A stretch of DNA of 33,906 bases from Acidimicrobiales bacterium (GTDB lineage: Bacteria; Actinomycetota; Acidimicrobiia; Acidimicrobiales; JAJPHE01), in assembly GCA_036273495.1 (NCBI GenBank), contig DASUHN010000370.1, forward strand, positions 1 to 33,906. Direction: 5' to 3'. Position numbers and translations under genes: made by a program. The notes below the pieces were generated by a model. The model saw only the letters and a list, made by a program, of their open reading frames with translations, was not told where the DNA came from and ran no database searches. Positions 16,668-24,424 of the stretch are shown in pieces (the first letter of the stretch is position 1; the number at the start of each line of letters is the position of its first letter).

Positions 16668-17002
16668 GTCGCCTGGGTGGCCTCCTCCACGGTCAGCTCG
16701 GCGGCGGGGTCGGCTTCGAGGCGTTCGTCGGGGATCGGGGCGCCGCTGCGGACCGACCGCCCGTAGGTCCCGGCGGCCAGGCGCTCCTCGGCGCGGGAGA
16801 TGGCGCCCAGGCGGGCCTCGATGCCGCCGATCACGGCGTCGTCCCCCGCTTCGGCCGTCAGCGACTCGGCCCCGTCACTGAAGCGGGCCGACTCGTCTCC
16901 CGCAGCCCGGTCCTGCTCCGCCGCCTCGCTCCGGTCGGCGAGCAGCTGCTCCAGACGGGCCTTCTCCTCCCCGAGGAGCTGGCGGGCGCGCTCTGGTTCC
17001 AT
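16664..17002 (-). CDS. DksA/TraR-family-like protein lacking all four zinc-finger cysteines
   Basis: A coiled-coil N-terminus is followed by GTYGRSVRSGAPIPDERLEADPAAELTVEE. This aligns by eye to YGxCxxCGxxIxxxRLEAxPxxxxCxxC with Cys replaced by S, S, T and E. ATG at 17002 is preferred over TTG at 17011. Confidence 0.65.
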   Translation of the reverse strand: MEPERARQLLGEEKARLEQLLADRSEAAEQDRAAGDESARFSDGAESLTAEAGDDAVIGGIEARLGAISRAEERLAAGTYGRSVRSGAPIPDERLEADPAAELTVEEATQAT

Positions 17003-17076
17003 GGGTTCCAATCTCCCCGATCGGGATCGGGACTGTCGAGCGGGAGATCACCCGGCCGGCCGGGGCCCCCGACAAA

Positions 17077-17523
17077 TCAGCGCCCCTTCCTCGCCTCCCT
17101 CCAGCTGGCGATCATCTGGGCGAACTCGGTGGGGTTGTACATGTCCTCCTCGAGCGAGAACCTGCCGTCCCCGGCGTAGTCCAGCCTGGTCCAGCTGTCG
17201 GCCTCGTGCACCGTGCCGTCGCCCGGGTCGGCCATGCGGTTGATGACCGAGCACACCACCCAGCCGCGGTCCTCGTCGATCACGTACCAACGGATGGGGA
17301 AGGAGTTCATGTCCTTGTTGATGGCCGTGGACATCGTCTCGCCGATCCATTTGCGGATGGCCTGGCGGCCCTCGAAGCGGCCGTAGTGGTGCTCGACGTA
17401 GGTGGCGTCCTCGGTGAACAGCTCGGCCCACTCGTCCCAGTCGCCTGAGGCCGCCGCCCGGGCCGCCGTCTCCCGGTAGTGGGCAAAGGCGTCCTCGATC
17501 TCCTGGCGCGGGTACTTCCCCAC
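17077..17523 (-). CDS. NTF2 / SnoaL-like family protein
   Basis: MGKYPRQEIEDAFAHYRETAARAAASGDWDEWAELFTEDATYVEHHYGRFEGRQAIRKWI... is typical of the NTF2-like fold. The GTG start directly follows the upstream stop. Confidence 0.8.
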   Translation of the reverse strand: MGKYPRQEIEDAFAHYRETAARAAASGDWDEWAELFTEDATYVEHHYGRFEGRQAIRKWIGETMSTAINKDMNSFPIRWYVIDEDRGWVVCSVINRMADPGDGTVHEADSWTRLDYAGDGRFSLEEDMYNPTEFAQMIASWREARKGR

Positions 17524-18411
17524 CTATTCCGCCCGGGAGGGCTGCGCTCCCGGAGCTCCCTCGGCGAACACCTCCTCCGGGAAGTCGGCGTTCTTGGACA
17601 GGCGCCACTGCGGGGAACGCTTCTCGAGGAAGGCCATCGGGCCTTCCCGGGAGTCGGGCTGGCCGGTTGTCCACCCGAAGAGAGCGCCCTCGCGCCGCTG
17701 GGCGGCGGGCCGGTCCGGCTCGGCCAGGTTCGAGTAGACGAGCCGCTTCACTATGCCGGCGGAGACCGGGGCCACGTTCTCGGCGATGTCGCGGGCCAGG
17801 TCGAGAGCCCGCGCCAGGACCTGGTCGGCCGGCAGGGCCTCGGACACCAGACCCATCTCGGCCGCCTCCCGCCCGCTGAAGGTCCGGCCGGTCATGAGCA
17901 GCTCCAGACCGCGGGACACCCCGACGATACGGGGCACGATCCAGTTGGCGCTCAGCTCGGGGATGACGCCCCGGCGGCTGAAGGCGAAGGCCAGCTTTGC
18001 CTCCTCGGCCGCCACCCGGATGTCCCACTGCATCGGCATGGTCAGCCCCACCCCGATGGCGTGGCCGTTGATGGCGGCGATGATCGGGGTGTTCATCTCC
18101 CAGTACTCCCGCCGGTCGTCGATCCGCAGCTCGTCGGCCGACCGGTCCGTCATCACGCCACCGCGACTCCCGCCCCCGCCGCCGCCACTGAAGGTGTCGG
18201 CGCCCGCCGCCAGGTCGGCGCCGGCGCAGAAGGCCCGCCCGGCACCGGTCACGACGATGGCCCGCACGTCCTCGCGCCGGTCGAAGGTCACTATGGCGTG
18301 GCGCACCTCCAGCCCGAGCCGGGCGGTGTAGGCGTTCATCCGGTCGGGCCGGTTGAACGTGACGGTGGCGACGCCGTCCTTGTCCTCGGTCAGGATCGTC
18401 TGGTAGTCCAT
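17524..18411 (-). CDS. enoyl-CoA hydratase/isomerase (crotonase) family protein
   Basis: ATVTFNRPDRMNA, GAGRAFCAGADL and AAINGHAIGVGLT are present. ATG at 18411 lies inside a longer spurious ORF. Confidence 0.9.
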   Translation of the reverse strand: MDYQTILTEDKDGVATVTFNRPDRMNAYTARLGLEVRHAIVTFDRREDVRAIVVTGAGRAFCAGADLAAGADTFSGGGGGGSRGGVMTDRSADELRIDDRREYWEMNTPIIAAINGHAIGVGLTMPMQWDIRVAAEEAKLAFAFSRRGVIPELSANWIVPRIVGVSRGLELLMTGRTFSGREAAEMGLVSEALPADQVLARALDLARDIAENVAPVSAGIVKRLVYSNLAEPDRPAAQRREGALFGWTTGQPDSREGPMAFLEKRSPQWRLSKNADFPEEVFAEGAPGAQPSRAE

Positions 18412-18422
18412 GGCCCCCGCCG

Positions 18423-19388
18423 TCACTCGCCGCCCTGGGCCCCGGCCAGGAGCGGGCTGATGCCCACCCCCATGTGGTCGTAGGCCGCCTCGGGAGCGGA
18501 CCGCACCTGTTCGTCGAGGCGGTGGGCGTCGTCTCCGACGAGGATGCGCCACTTCCCGGCGCGCACCCCGTCCAGGATGATCGTGGCCGCCCCGGCGCCG
18601 TCGAGGGGGGCGCTGGTGCGGAAGCCCTCCTCGACCATCTTGACGATGCCCCGGATCTGGTCCGGCGGAAGCTCGCCCACCGGCAGCCCCCGCCGGGCCA
18701 GGTCGGCCCGGGTCGTCTCGAGCTCGGCGTCGGTGAGGGCGTCGGGCTCGGGGCGCCCGAAGTAGCGGCGGGAGTTGGCCACGATGTCGGTGCCGATGTG
18801 GCCGGGCATGACCACCGAGACCTTCACGTGGGGCGCGTTCACCCGCAGGTCCTCGATCAACGCCTCCGAGAACCCCTTCACCGCGAACTTGGCGGTGCTG
18901 TAGGCGGTGTGGGGGACGCCGGGGCCGAGCGACGCCCAGAACCCGTTGACACTGCTGGTGTTGACGAGCCGGGCCTCGTCGGCGGCCACCAGGTGGGATA
19001 GGAACGCCCGGGTGCAGTAGTAGACGCCCCACCAGTCGACCCCGAAGGTCCGCTCCCAGTCCTCGCGGGTGTCGGTGAACAGGCTCCCGCCCCCGCCGAT
19101 GCCGGCGTTGTTGAACAGCAGCTCGATGACGTCCCCGTGCTCCCGCACCACCTCCTCCCGGAAGCGCAGGACCTGCGCCTCGTCTGAGACGTCACAGATG
19201 TGGGTGGTGATCCGGGCGCCGGAGCCGGCGGCGGCCTCGGCCCGCGCCACCGTCTCGGCCAGCCCCACCGCGTTGACGTCACAGGTGGCCACCGAGCAGC
19301 CCGCCGTCGCCAGCTGGACCACCAGCTCCCGCCCCATGCCCGAGCCGCCTCCGGTGACGACCGCCCGCTTGCCCGCGAACGATTCCAT
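18423..19388 (-). CDS. SDR family oxidoreductase
   Basis: TGGGSGMG (TGxxxGxG), NNAG and YSTAK (YxxxK) are present. SD GGAGAGGGGG lies upstream of ATG 19388. Confidence 0.9.
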   Translation of the reverse strand: MESFAGKRAVVTGGGSGMGRELVVQLATAGCSVATCDVNAVGLAETVARAEAAAGSGARITTHICDVSDEAQVLRFREEVVREHGDVIELLFNNAGIGGGGSLFTDTREDWERTFGVDWWGVYYCTRAFLSHLVAADEARLVNTSSVNGFWASLGPGVPHTAYSTAKFAVKGFSEALIEDLRVNAPHVKVSVVMPGHIGTDIVANSRRYFGRPEPDALTDAELETTRADLARRGLPVGELPPDQIRGIVKMVEEGFRTSAPLDGAGAATIILDGVRAGKWRILVGDDAHRLDEQVRSAPEAAYDHMGVGISPLLAGAQGGE

Positions 19389-19455
19389 TCCGACCCCCTC
19401 TCCGCCCGCTCAAGGTAGCCGGGAGCCTCGGGGCGGCGTCGTTGGCACCCCGGCG

Positions 19456-20190
19456 TCAACCGATCGTCGCCGGCAGGTCCGACCCCTGCATGGCCCCGGC
19501 CCAGGGGTAGGACAGGGGCTCGATCAGGAGGTACGGGGCCTCGGCGGTCACGTCGGCGTCGGGGTGGTGGGGGGCGGCGGCGCGGACGGCGCCGGTGAGC
19601 CCGGCCGCGTCCCCCTCGAACAGGACCAGATCGGTCCGGGCCGTGGGGTCCCGGCTGGACTGGAAGGTCATCACCCCGTGGACCCCGTCCACGGCGGCGA
19701 CCGCGGGCGACCACTCCGACCGGTACCACTCGCCCACCGGCGGCGGGCCCCGGCGTTGCACGAGGAGCAGGCCGGTGTGGCCGACGAAGGGAACCTCCTC
19801 CTCCGGGAGCCGGATGGCGGGCGAGGACACCGCCCCCAGCAGCGCCATGGCGTCGCCGTCCCGCACCGCCTTCTTCTCGGCGGGGAAGCGCATCCGGTCC
19901 TCGGCGTACAGGCGGTCGCGCAGCGTGCTCATCCCCGCCAGCGTCTCGGCCGGCTCGGCGCCCAGGGTGTAGATGGTGAGGAAGCTGCCCCGCCGGCCGG
20001 CCAGAGGAGACGTCGGTGCGGTGACCCGGAGGTCGTGCAGCTCGGGCGGGGCCACGTAGCGCCGGCCCGACATCACGCCCGGCAGGCGGACGTTGGGTGG
20101 TACGTGCTCGAGGTCGTACCAGCGGTTCCACGCCACGACGGCGTCGAGGTCGCAGTCCAGCACGGCCAGGATGATCCCGGTCGGGATCAC
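19456..20190 (-). CDS. hypothetical protein with two tandem copies of a small WY..E(H/W)-containing domain
   Basis: The GTG start overlaps the ADH stop as GTGA. The halves show internal similarity: RWYDLEHVPPNVRLPGVMSGRRY versus EWYRSEWSPAVAAVDGVHGVMTF. GC3 bias is good throughout. Confidence 0.7.
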   Translation of the reverse strand: MIPTGIILAVLDCDLDAVVAWNRWYDLEHVPPNVRLPGVMSGRRYVAPPELHDLRVTAPTSPLAGRRGSFLTIYTLGAEPAETLAGMSTLRDRLYAEDRMRFPAEKKAVRDGDAMALLGAVSSPAIRLPEEEVPFVGHTGLLLVQRRGPPPVGEWYRSEWSPAVAAVDGVHGVMTFQSSRDPTARTDLVLFEGDAAGLTGAVRAAAPHHPDADVTAEAPYLLIEPLSYPWAGAMQGSDLPATIG

Positions 20191-21401
20191 CGCCGGGCCC
20201 CGTCGCCGTCCGCCGGCCCGCCACCGGGACGGAACACCACCTTTATGGCCCCGCTGGCCTTGTCGACCGCGGTCCCGACGGCCTCCCGGTAGGCCTCGAG
20301 GGGGAACTCGTGGGTGACCACGGCGTCCTCGGGCAGGAGGCCCCGGGCCAGGATCGCCAGGGCCCGGTCGATGGAGTGCATCCCCACCCCGCCGGCCGGC
20401 CCCGGCGCCGGGCCGGCGTCGACCTGGTGGTCGATCGAGCCGACCAGCGCCACCTCCTTGTACCAGACCGGCGTCAGGTCGACGGCGCTGATGCCGGCGG
20501 CGCCGAGGAGCAGGACCGTGCCGTGATAGGCGGCGCTGCGGAGGGCGTCGGTCACCGCTGCCGGCGTCCCCACCGCCTCGATCACATAGGGGAAGCCGCT
20601 CATCAGCATCACGTCCGGAAGCGCTCCCGCCAGCCGGGCGCCGGCCAGCGCGGCCAGCTCCTCCCAGTGGGCGCCCCCGGGGTCGGCGCGCACGACGTGG
20701 TCGGCGCCGCAGGCCCGGGCGGCGGCGGCCTGGTGCTCGTGGCGGGCCAGCACGGTCACCGGGCAGTCGGGGTACATGCCACGCAGCGCCGCGACCGCGG
20801 CCAGGCCGATGATCCCCGCCCCGACGACGAGAACCGGGCTGCCGTCCTCAGGCGGGGACCGCAGGAGCCCGTGGGCGCAGATCGACACCGGCTCGTGGAG
20901 GCACGCGGCCCGGTCCGACACCGGATCGGGAACGGGATGGACCATCGACGCGTGCGCCACCAGCTGCTCGGCCCATCCGCCTCCGAGGCCCCACGTGTAG
21001 CCGATGGTGCGCCCAGGGGTCAGCACCCGGCTGTCGAGGTTGAGGCAGCACGAGGTCCAGCCCCGTGCGCAGTTCTCGCACGGGGGATCGATGCCCCGGA
21101 CCAGGCACGGCAGGCACGGGTCGACCGCCACGCGGCTGCCGACGGGCAGGGGGAAGTCCGGGCCGGCCTCGATCACCCGGCCGGCGATCTCGTGGCCGAG
21201 CAGGAGGGGCAGGGTCCCGACCCCGATCAGGGTCGGGGAGGGCCCGGTGTTGTGGGAGAACAGGTGCAGGTCGCTTCCGCAGATCCCCCCGGTCACCACC
21301 TCGACCCGCCCCCAGTCGCCCCGGGGCAGCGCCGGCTCCTCCACCTCCACGAGCGAGGCCGGGAACGACGGGTCGGCAAAGTCGAGCTGGACGGCGCGCA
21401 C
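20187..21401 (-). CDS. zinc-dependent alcohol dehydrogenase (MDR superfamily)
   Basis: GICGSDLH, GHEIAG, a structural-Zn Cys cluster (CLPC...CENC) and the Rossmann motif VVGAGIIGL are present. GTG at 21401 gives the canonical (M)RAVQL N-terminus; the alternative at 21419 would overlap mgtC by 11 nt. Confidence 0.85.
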   Translation of the reverse strand: MRAVQLDFADPSFPASLVEVEEPALPRGDWGRVEVVTGGICGSDLHLFSHNTGPSPTLIGVGTLPLLLGHEIAGRVIEAGPDFPLPVGSRVAVDPCLPCLVRGIDPPCENCARGWTSCCLNLDSRVLTPGRTIGYTWGLGGGWAEQLVAHASMVHPVPDPVSDRAACLHEPVSICAHGLLRSPPEDGSPVLVVGAGIIGLAAVAALRGMYPDCPVTVLARHEHQAAAARACGADHVVRADPGGAHWEELAALAGARLAGALPDVMLMSGFPYVIEAVGTPAAVTDALRSAAYHGTVLLLGAAGISAVDLTPVWYKEVALVGSIDHQVDAGPAPGPAGGVGMHSIDRALAILARGLLPEDAVVTHEFPLEAYREAVGTAVDKASGAIKVVFRPGGGPADGDGARR

Positions 21402-21408
21402 GGCGCGT

Positions 21409-21933
21409 CTATACACCACCGCCCGCGGGCTCGTCGCCCTCGTGGAGGCCGGACGCGATCCGGGCCCGGCGCACCCGCGCCATGAGCTTGCGCAGGGGCC
21501 AGTCGGCCACCAGCACCACGATCGCTATGCCGCTGGCGATCAGCGACCCCGACCAGAACCCCAGCCCCGACGACAGGCCCACCGCCGCCGCGACCCACAG
21601 CGAGGCCGCGGTCGTGAGGCCCTTGACCCGGTCGGTGCGCTTGAGGATGGCCCCGCCCCCGAGGAAGCCGACCCCGGCCGCGACGTAGGACGCGATCCGG
21701 GTGGGGTCGATGCTCAGGTCGGTCGCGTTGCGGGGGAGCACGAACTGCCCGAAGGCCCCCACCGAGAGGGCGCCGAAGAGGGCCGACCCCAGGGCCAGCA
21801 GGACGTGGGTCCGCAGCCCGGCGTCGTGACCGTCGACCTCGCGCTCGAAGCCGATGACCGCCCCGAACAGCGCCGCCGCGCCCAACCGCAGGGCGGTCGA
21901 GGCGGCGGTGAGATGCCAGGGCTCGGCTGCCAT
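21409..21933 (-). CDS. MgtC/SapB family membrane protein
   Basis: LRLGAAALFGAVIGFEREVDGHDAGLRTHVLLALGSALF... and four to five TM segments are present. ATG at 21933. Confidence 0.85.
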   Translation of the reverse strand: MAAEPWHLTAASTALRLGAAALFGAVIGFEREVDGHDAGLRTHVLLALGSALFGALSVGAFGQFVLPRNATDLSIDPTRIASYVAAGVGFLGGGAILKRTDRVKGLTTAASLWVAAAVGLSSGLGFWSGSLIASGIAIVVLVADWPLRKLMARVRRARIASGLHEGDEPAGGGV

Positions 21934-21953
21934 CGTCTGGGGTGATACCCAAA

Positions 21954-22451
21954 TCAGCCGGGCAGGACCACCTCGACCGACAGCCCCCGACCGGCCAGGT
22001 CCACGCTCGCGTTGTCCTCCTCGTAGCGCCGGCCCTGGACGTTGAACAGCCGGACCGGCTCCTCGCCGAAAGGGAACGGGCCCCAGTGCCACGTCCCCCG
22101 GTGCAGGACCACGGCCTGCAGCGGATGGAGCACGAACGCCCGCACCGACGCGGTCGGCCGGGCGCCGGCGAAGTCCTCCGCCGCCGGGGCCACCGCCACC
22201 ACCGAGTCGCAGTTCAGCGCCATCAGGCACTGGGTGTGGGTGTCGTGGCGGAACATGACGTCGCAGCGCAGCCCGCCGGGCAGGACCGTCACCTCGTCCA
22301 GGGTGTGGCCGATCACGTTGACGTGGACGTCCGCCCACGCGAACTCCAGGCGGTGGCTGCCGTCGCGGGGGTCGGTGTCCTCCACCGGGATCCATCCGAA
22401 GGGGTCCCACGCCTCCTCGGTCAGCTCGACCGCCGTCACCCGCTCTGGCAC
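21954..22451 (-). CDS. ureidoglycolate lyase (AllA-like) family protein
   Basis: By-eye alignment to AllA: LTEEAWDPFGWI, FRHDTHTQCLMAL (ERHPLGTQAFIP-like), VVAVAP, and VRAFVL..QAVVLHRGTWHWGPF (LRAF...QGVNYHRNVWHHPLF-like). Confidence 0.65.
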   Translation of the reverse strand: MPERVTAVELTEEAWDPFGWIPVEDTDPRDGSHRLEFAWADVHVNVIGHTLDEVTVLPGGLRCDVMFRHDTHTQCLMALNCDSVVAVAPAAEDFAGARPTASVRAFVLHPLQAVVLHRGTWHWGPFPFGEEPVRLFNVQGRRYEEDNASVDLAGRGLSVEVVLPG

Positions 22452-22534
22452 GTTCCGGCTCCCGCTTCTACGCTGCGCCGGCCGAACGTTAGACGCCGTG
22501 CGCGCCGGGCGCTCGGGCCGGAGGAGGGATCGAG

Positions 22535-22918
22535 ATGGACGTCCGCAACATTCGCGACAAGGCGCCGGTGGTGGAGCACAACGGCACGGTCCCGGTCTGG
22601 TGGATGGTCGAGTCCCAGGAGATGAAGGACCTCACCGACGGGGGATTCCTCGAGCTGGTCAACGAGTTCGAGGTGGCCGGGGGCGGCGCCGTCGACCCGC
22701 ACTCCCATCCGACCCACGAGTTCTACTACGTGATGTCGGGGCGGGGGATCATGGAGATCGAGGGGGACCAACGGGAGATCAGCCAGGGTGACCTGGTGCA
22801 CATCCCCCCGAACAAGGTCCACACCCTGCGCCCGGTCACCGACCACGCCCCGATCCACTGCTTCTGCTTCGCCATCGGTGTGCCCGGCGCGGGCCCGATC
22901 GACTACACCAACCACTGA
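22535..22918 (+). CDS. cupin domain protein
   Basis: The two cupin motifs are GGGAVDPHSHPTHEFYYVMSGRG and GDLVHIPPNKVHTL. SD GGAGGAGGG lies upstream of ATG 22535. Confidence 0.85.
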   Translation: MDVRNIRDKAPVVEHNGTVPVWWMVESQEMKDLTDGGFLELVNEFEVAGGGAVDPHSHPTHEFYYVMSGRGIMEIEGDQREISQGDLVHIPPNKVHTLRPVTDHAPIHCFCFAIGVPGAGPIDYTNH

Positions 22919-22931
22919 GTCACTCCGGGGA

Positions 22932-22952
22932 ACGGGCGCGGCGTGCGCCCGT
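22932..22952. terminator. hairpin between convergent genes; candidate bidirectional terminator
   Basis: Perfect 8-bp stem ACGGGCGC (22932-22939) / GCGCCCGT (22945-22952) with a 5-nt loop. It lies between the cupin stop (22918) and the livF stop (22956). Confidence 0.4.
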
Positions 22953-22955
22953 CGC

Positions 22956-23669
22956 TCATCCGCCCAGGTAGGTGCTGGCCAGCACCGAGCTGCGGCGCAG
23001 CTCCTCGGGCTCCCCGACGAAGTCGATGCGGCCGTGGGTCATCACACAGCAGATGTCGGCCAGCTCGAGCGCCCGGCTCATGTACTGCTCGACGAGGAGG
23101 ATGGCGATCCCCTGCTCCTTCAGCAGGGCGATGTCGGCGAACAGCTGCTCGACCACGATCGGCGCCAGCCCCATCGAGATCTCGTCGACCATCAGCAGGC
23201 GCGGCCCGGCCAGGAAGGCCCGGCTGATGGCCAGCATCTGCTGCTCGCCACCGGACAGGGTGCCGGCCCGCTGGTCGAACCGCTCCTTCAGCCGGGGGAA
23301 GTGCTCGAGCACCCAGGCCAGGCGGGTCTGGCGCTGCGACCGGTCGGATCCGGCGTTGGTGTTGACCCGCAGGTTGTCGCGCACGTTGAGGTTGGGGAAG
23401 ATGCCCCGGCCCTCCGGGATCAGCACCAGGCCCCCGGCTGCGGTCTCGTGCGGCGCCCGTCCGTCGATGCGCCGGCCGGCAAAGCGCACCGCCCCCCGCC
23501 TGCACTCCACCAGCCCGGCGGCGGTGCGCAGGGTCGTCGTCTTGCCCACCCCGTTGGGGCCGAGGAGCGCCACGACGGTGCCGGCGGGAACCGTGAGGTC
23601 GACGCCGTGCAGGATCTCGATGCGGCCGTAGCCGGCCACGACCCCGTCGAGCTCGAGGAGCGGAGCCAT
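22956..23669 (-). CDS. livF: branched-chain-amino-acid-type ABC transporter ATP-binding protein (LivF-like)
   Basis: Walker A GPNGVGKTT, signature LSGGEQQ and Walker B LLMVDE are present. The ATG shares one base with the livG stop (TGATG). Confidence 0.9.
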   Translation of the reverse strand: MAPLLELDGVVAGYGRIEILHGVDLTVPAGTVVALLGPNGVGKTTTLRTAAGLVECRRGAVRFAGRRIDGRAPHETAAGGLVLIPEGRGIFPNLNVRDNLRVNTNAGSDRSQRQTRLAWVLEHFPRLKERFDQRAGTLSGGEQQMLAISRAFLAGPRLLMVDEISMGLAPIVVEQLFADIALLKEQGIAILLVEQYMSRALELADICCVMTHGRIDFVGEPEELRRSSVLASTYLGG

Positions 23670-24424
23670 CAGCTGGCGGTCCCGAGGTAGGCCGCCTGCA
23701 CGGCCGGGTCGGCGGCCACGGTATCCGGCGTCCCGGAGGCGATCAGCTGGCCGAAGTCCATCACGTAGACCCGGTCGGAGATCGTCATGACCATGTCGAC
23801 GTCGTGCTCCACGAGCAGGATGCCGATCCCGCTGGCGGCGATCCCCCGCAGGATCCGCGACAGCTCCTCGGTCTCGTTGGTGTCGAGGCCGCTGCCGGTC
23901 TCGTCGAGCAGTAGCAGGCGGGGCCGGGTGCACAGGGCTCGGCCCAGCTCGACCAGGCGCAGGACCCCGGTGGACAGCTCTCCCGCGACGAGATCGCGCG
24001 CCCACTCCAGCCCGACCTGGGCCAGGCTGGCCTCCACCGCCGCCACCACCTCGGGCTCGTCGGGGTGGCGCAGCCGGAACAGGCCGCGCAGGACGCGCCC
24101 GGGGCGCGCCATCTCGGCGGCCACCTGGAGGTTCTCGAACACCGTCATGCCGCTGAAGACCTCGAGACGCTGGAAGGTGCGGCCCATCCCGAGCCGGGCC
24201 CGGACGTGGGGCTCGAGGTTCGTGACGTCGCTGCCGTCGAAGCGGATCCGGCCCCGTGTCGGCCGCAGGAGCCCGGTCATGCAGTTGAACAGCGTGGTCT
24301 TGCCCGCACCGTTGGGCCCGATGAGCGAGGTGATCTTCCCGTTCTCGGCTGCCAGCTTCACGCCGTCGAGAGCCACCAGGCCACCGAAGCGATGGGTGAC
24401 GTTGTCGACCTCGAGCAGGGTCAC
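23669..24424 (-). CDS. livG: branched-chain-amino-acid-type ABC transporter ATP-binding protein (LivG-like)
   Basis: Walker [19 protein letters not shown], a degenerate signature LSTGVLR and Walker B LLLLDE are present. GTG at 24424 overlaps the permease stop as GTGA. Confidence 0.9.
   Translation of the reverse strand: MTLLEVDNVTHRFGGLVALDGVKLAAENGKITSLIGPNGAGKTTLFNCMTGLLRPTRGRIRFDGSDVTNLEPHVRARLGMGRTFQRLEVFSGMTVFENLQVAAEMARPGRVLRGLFRLRHPDEPEVVAAVEASLAQVGLEWARDLVAGELSTGVLRLVELGRALCTRPRLLLLDETGSGLDTNETEELSRILRGIAASGIGILLVEHDVDMVMTISDRVYVMDFGQLIASGTPDTVAADPAVQAAYLGTAS

Noticed and set aside
22450-22489. ACGTTC ... GAACGT inverted hexamers (28-nt spacing) in the divergent region between the ureidoglycolate-lyase-like gene and the cupin gene
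   Set aside because: Only 6 nt match on each arm, one arm overlaps a start codon, and the spacing is atypical for an operator. This is too weak to call.
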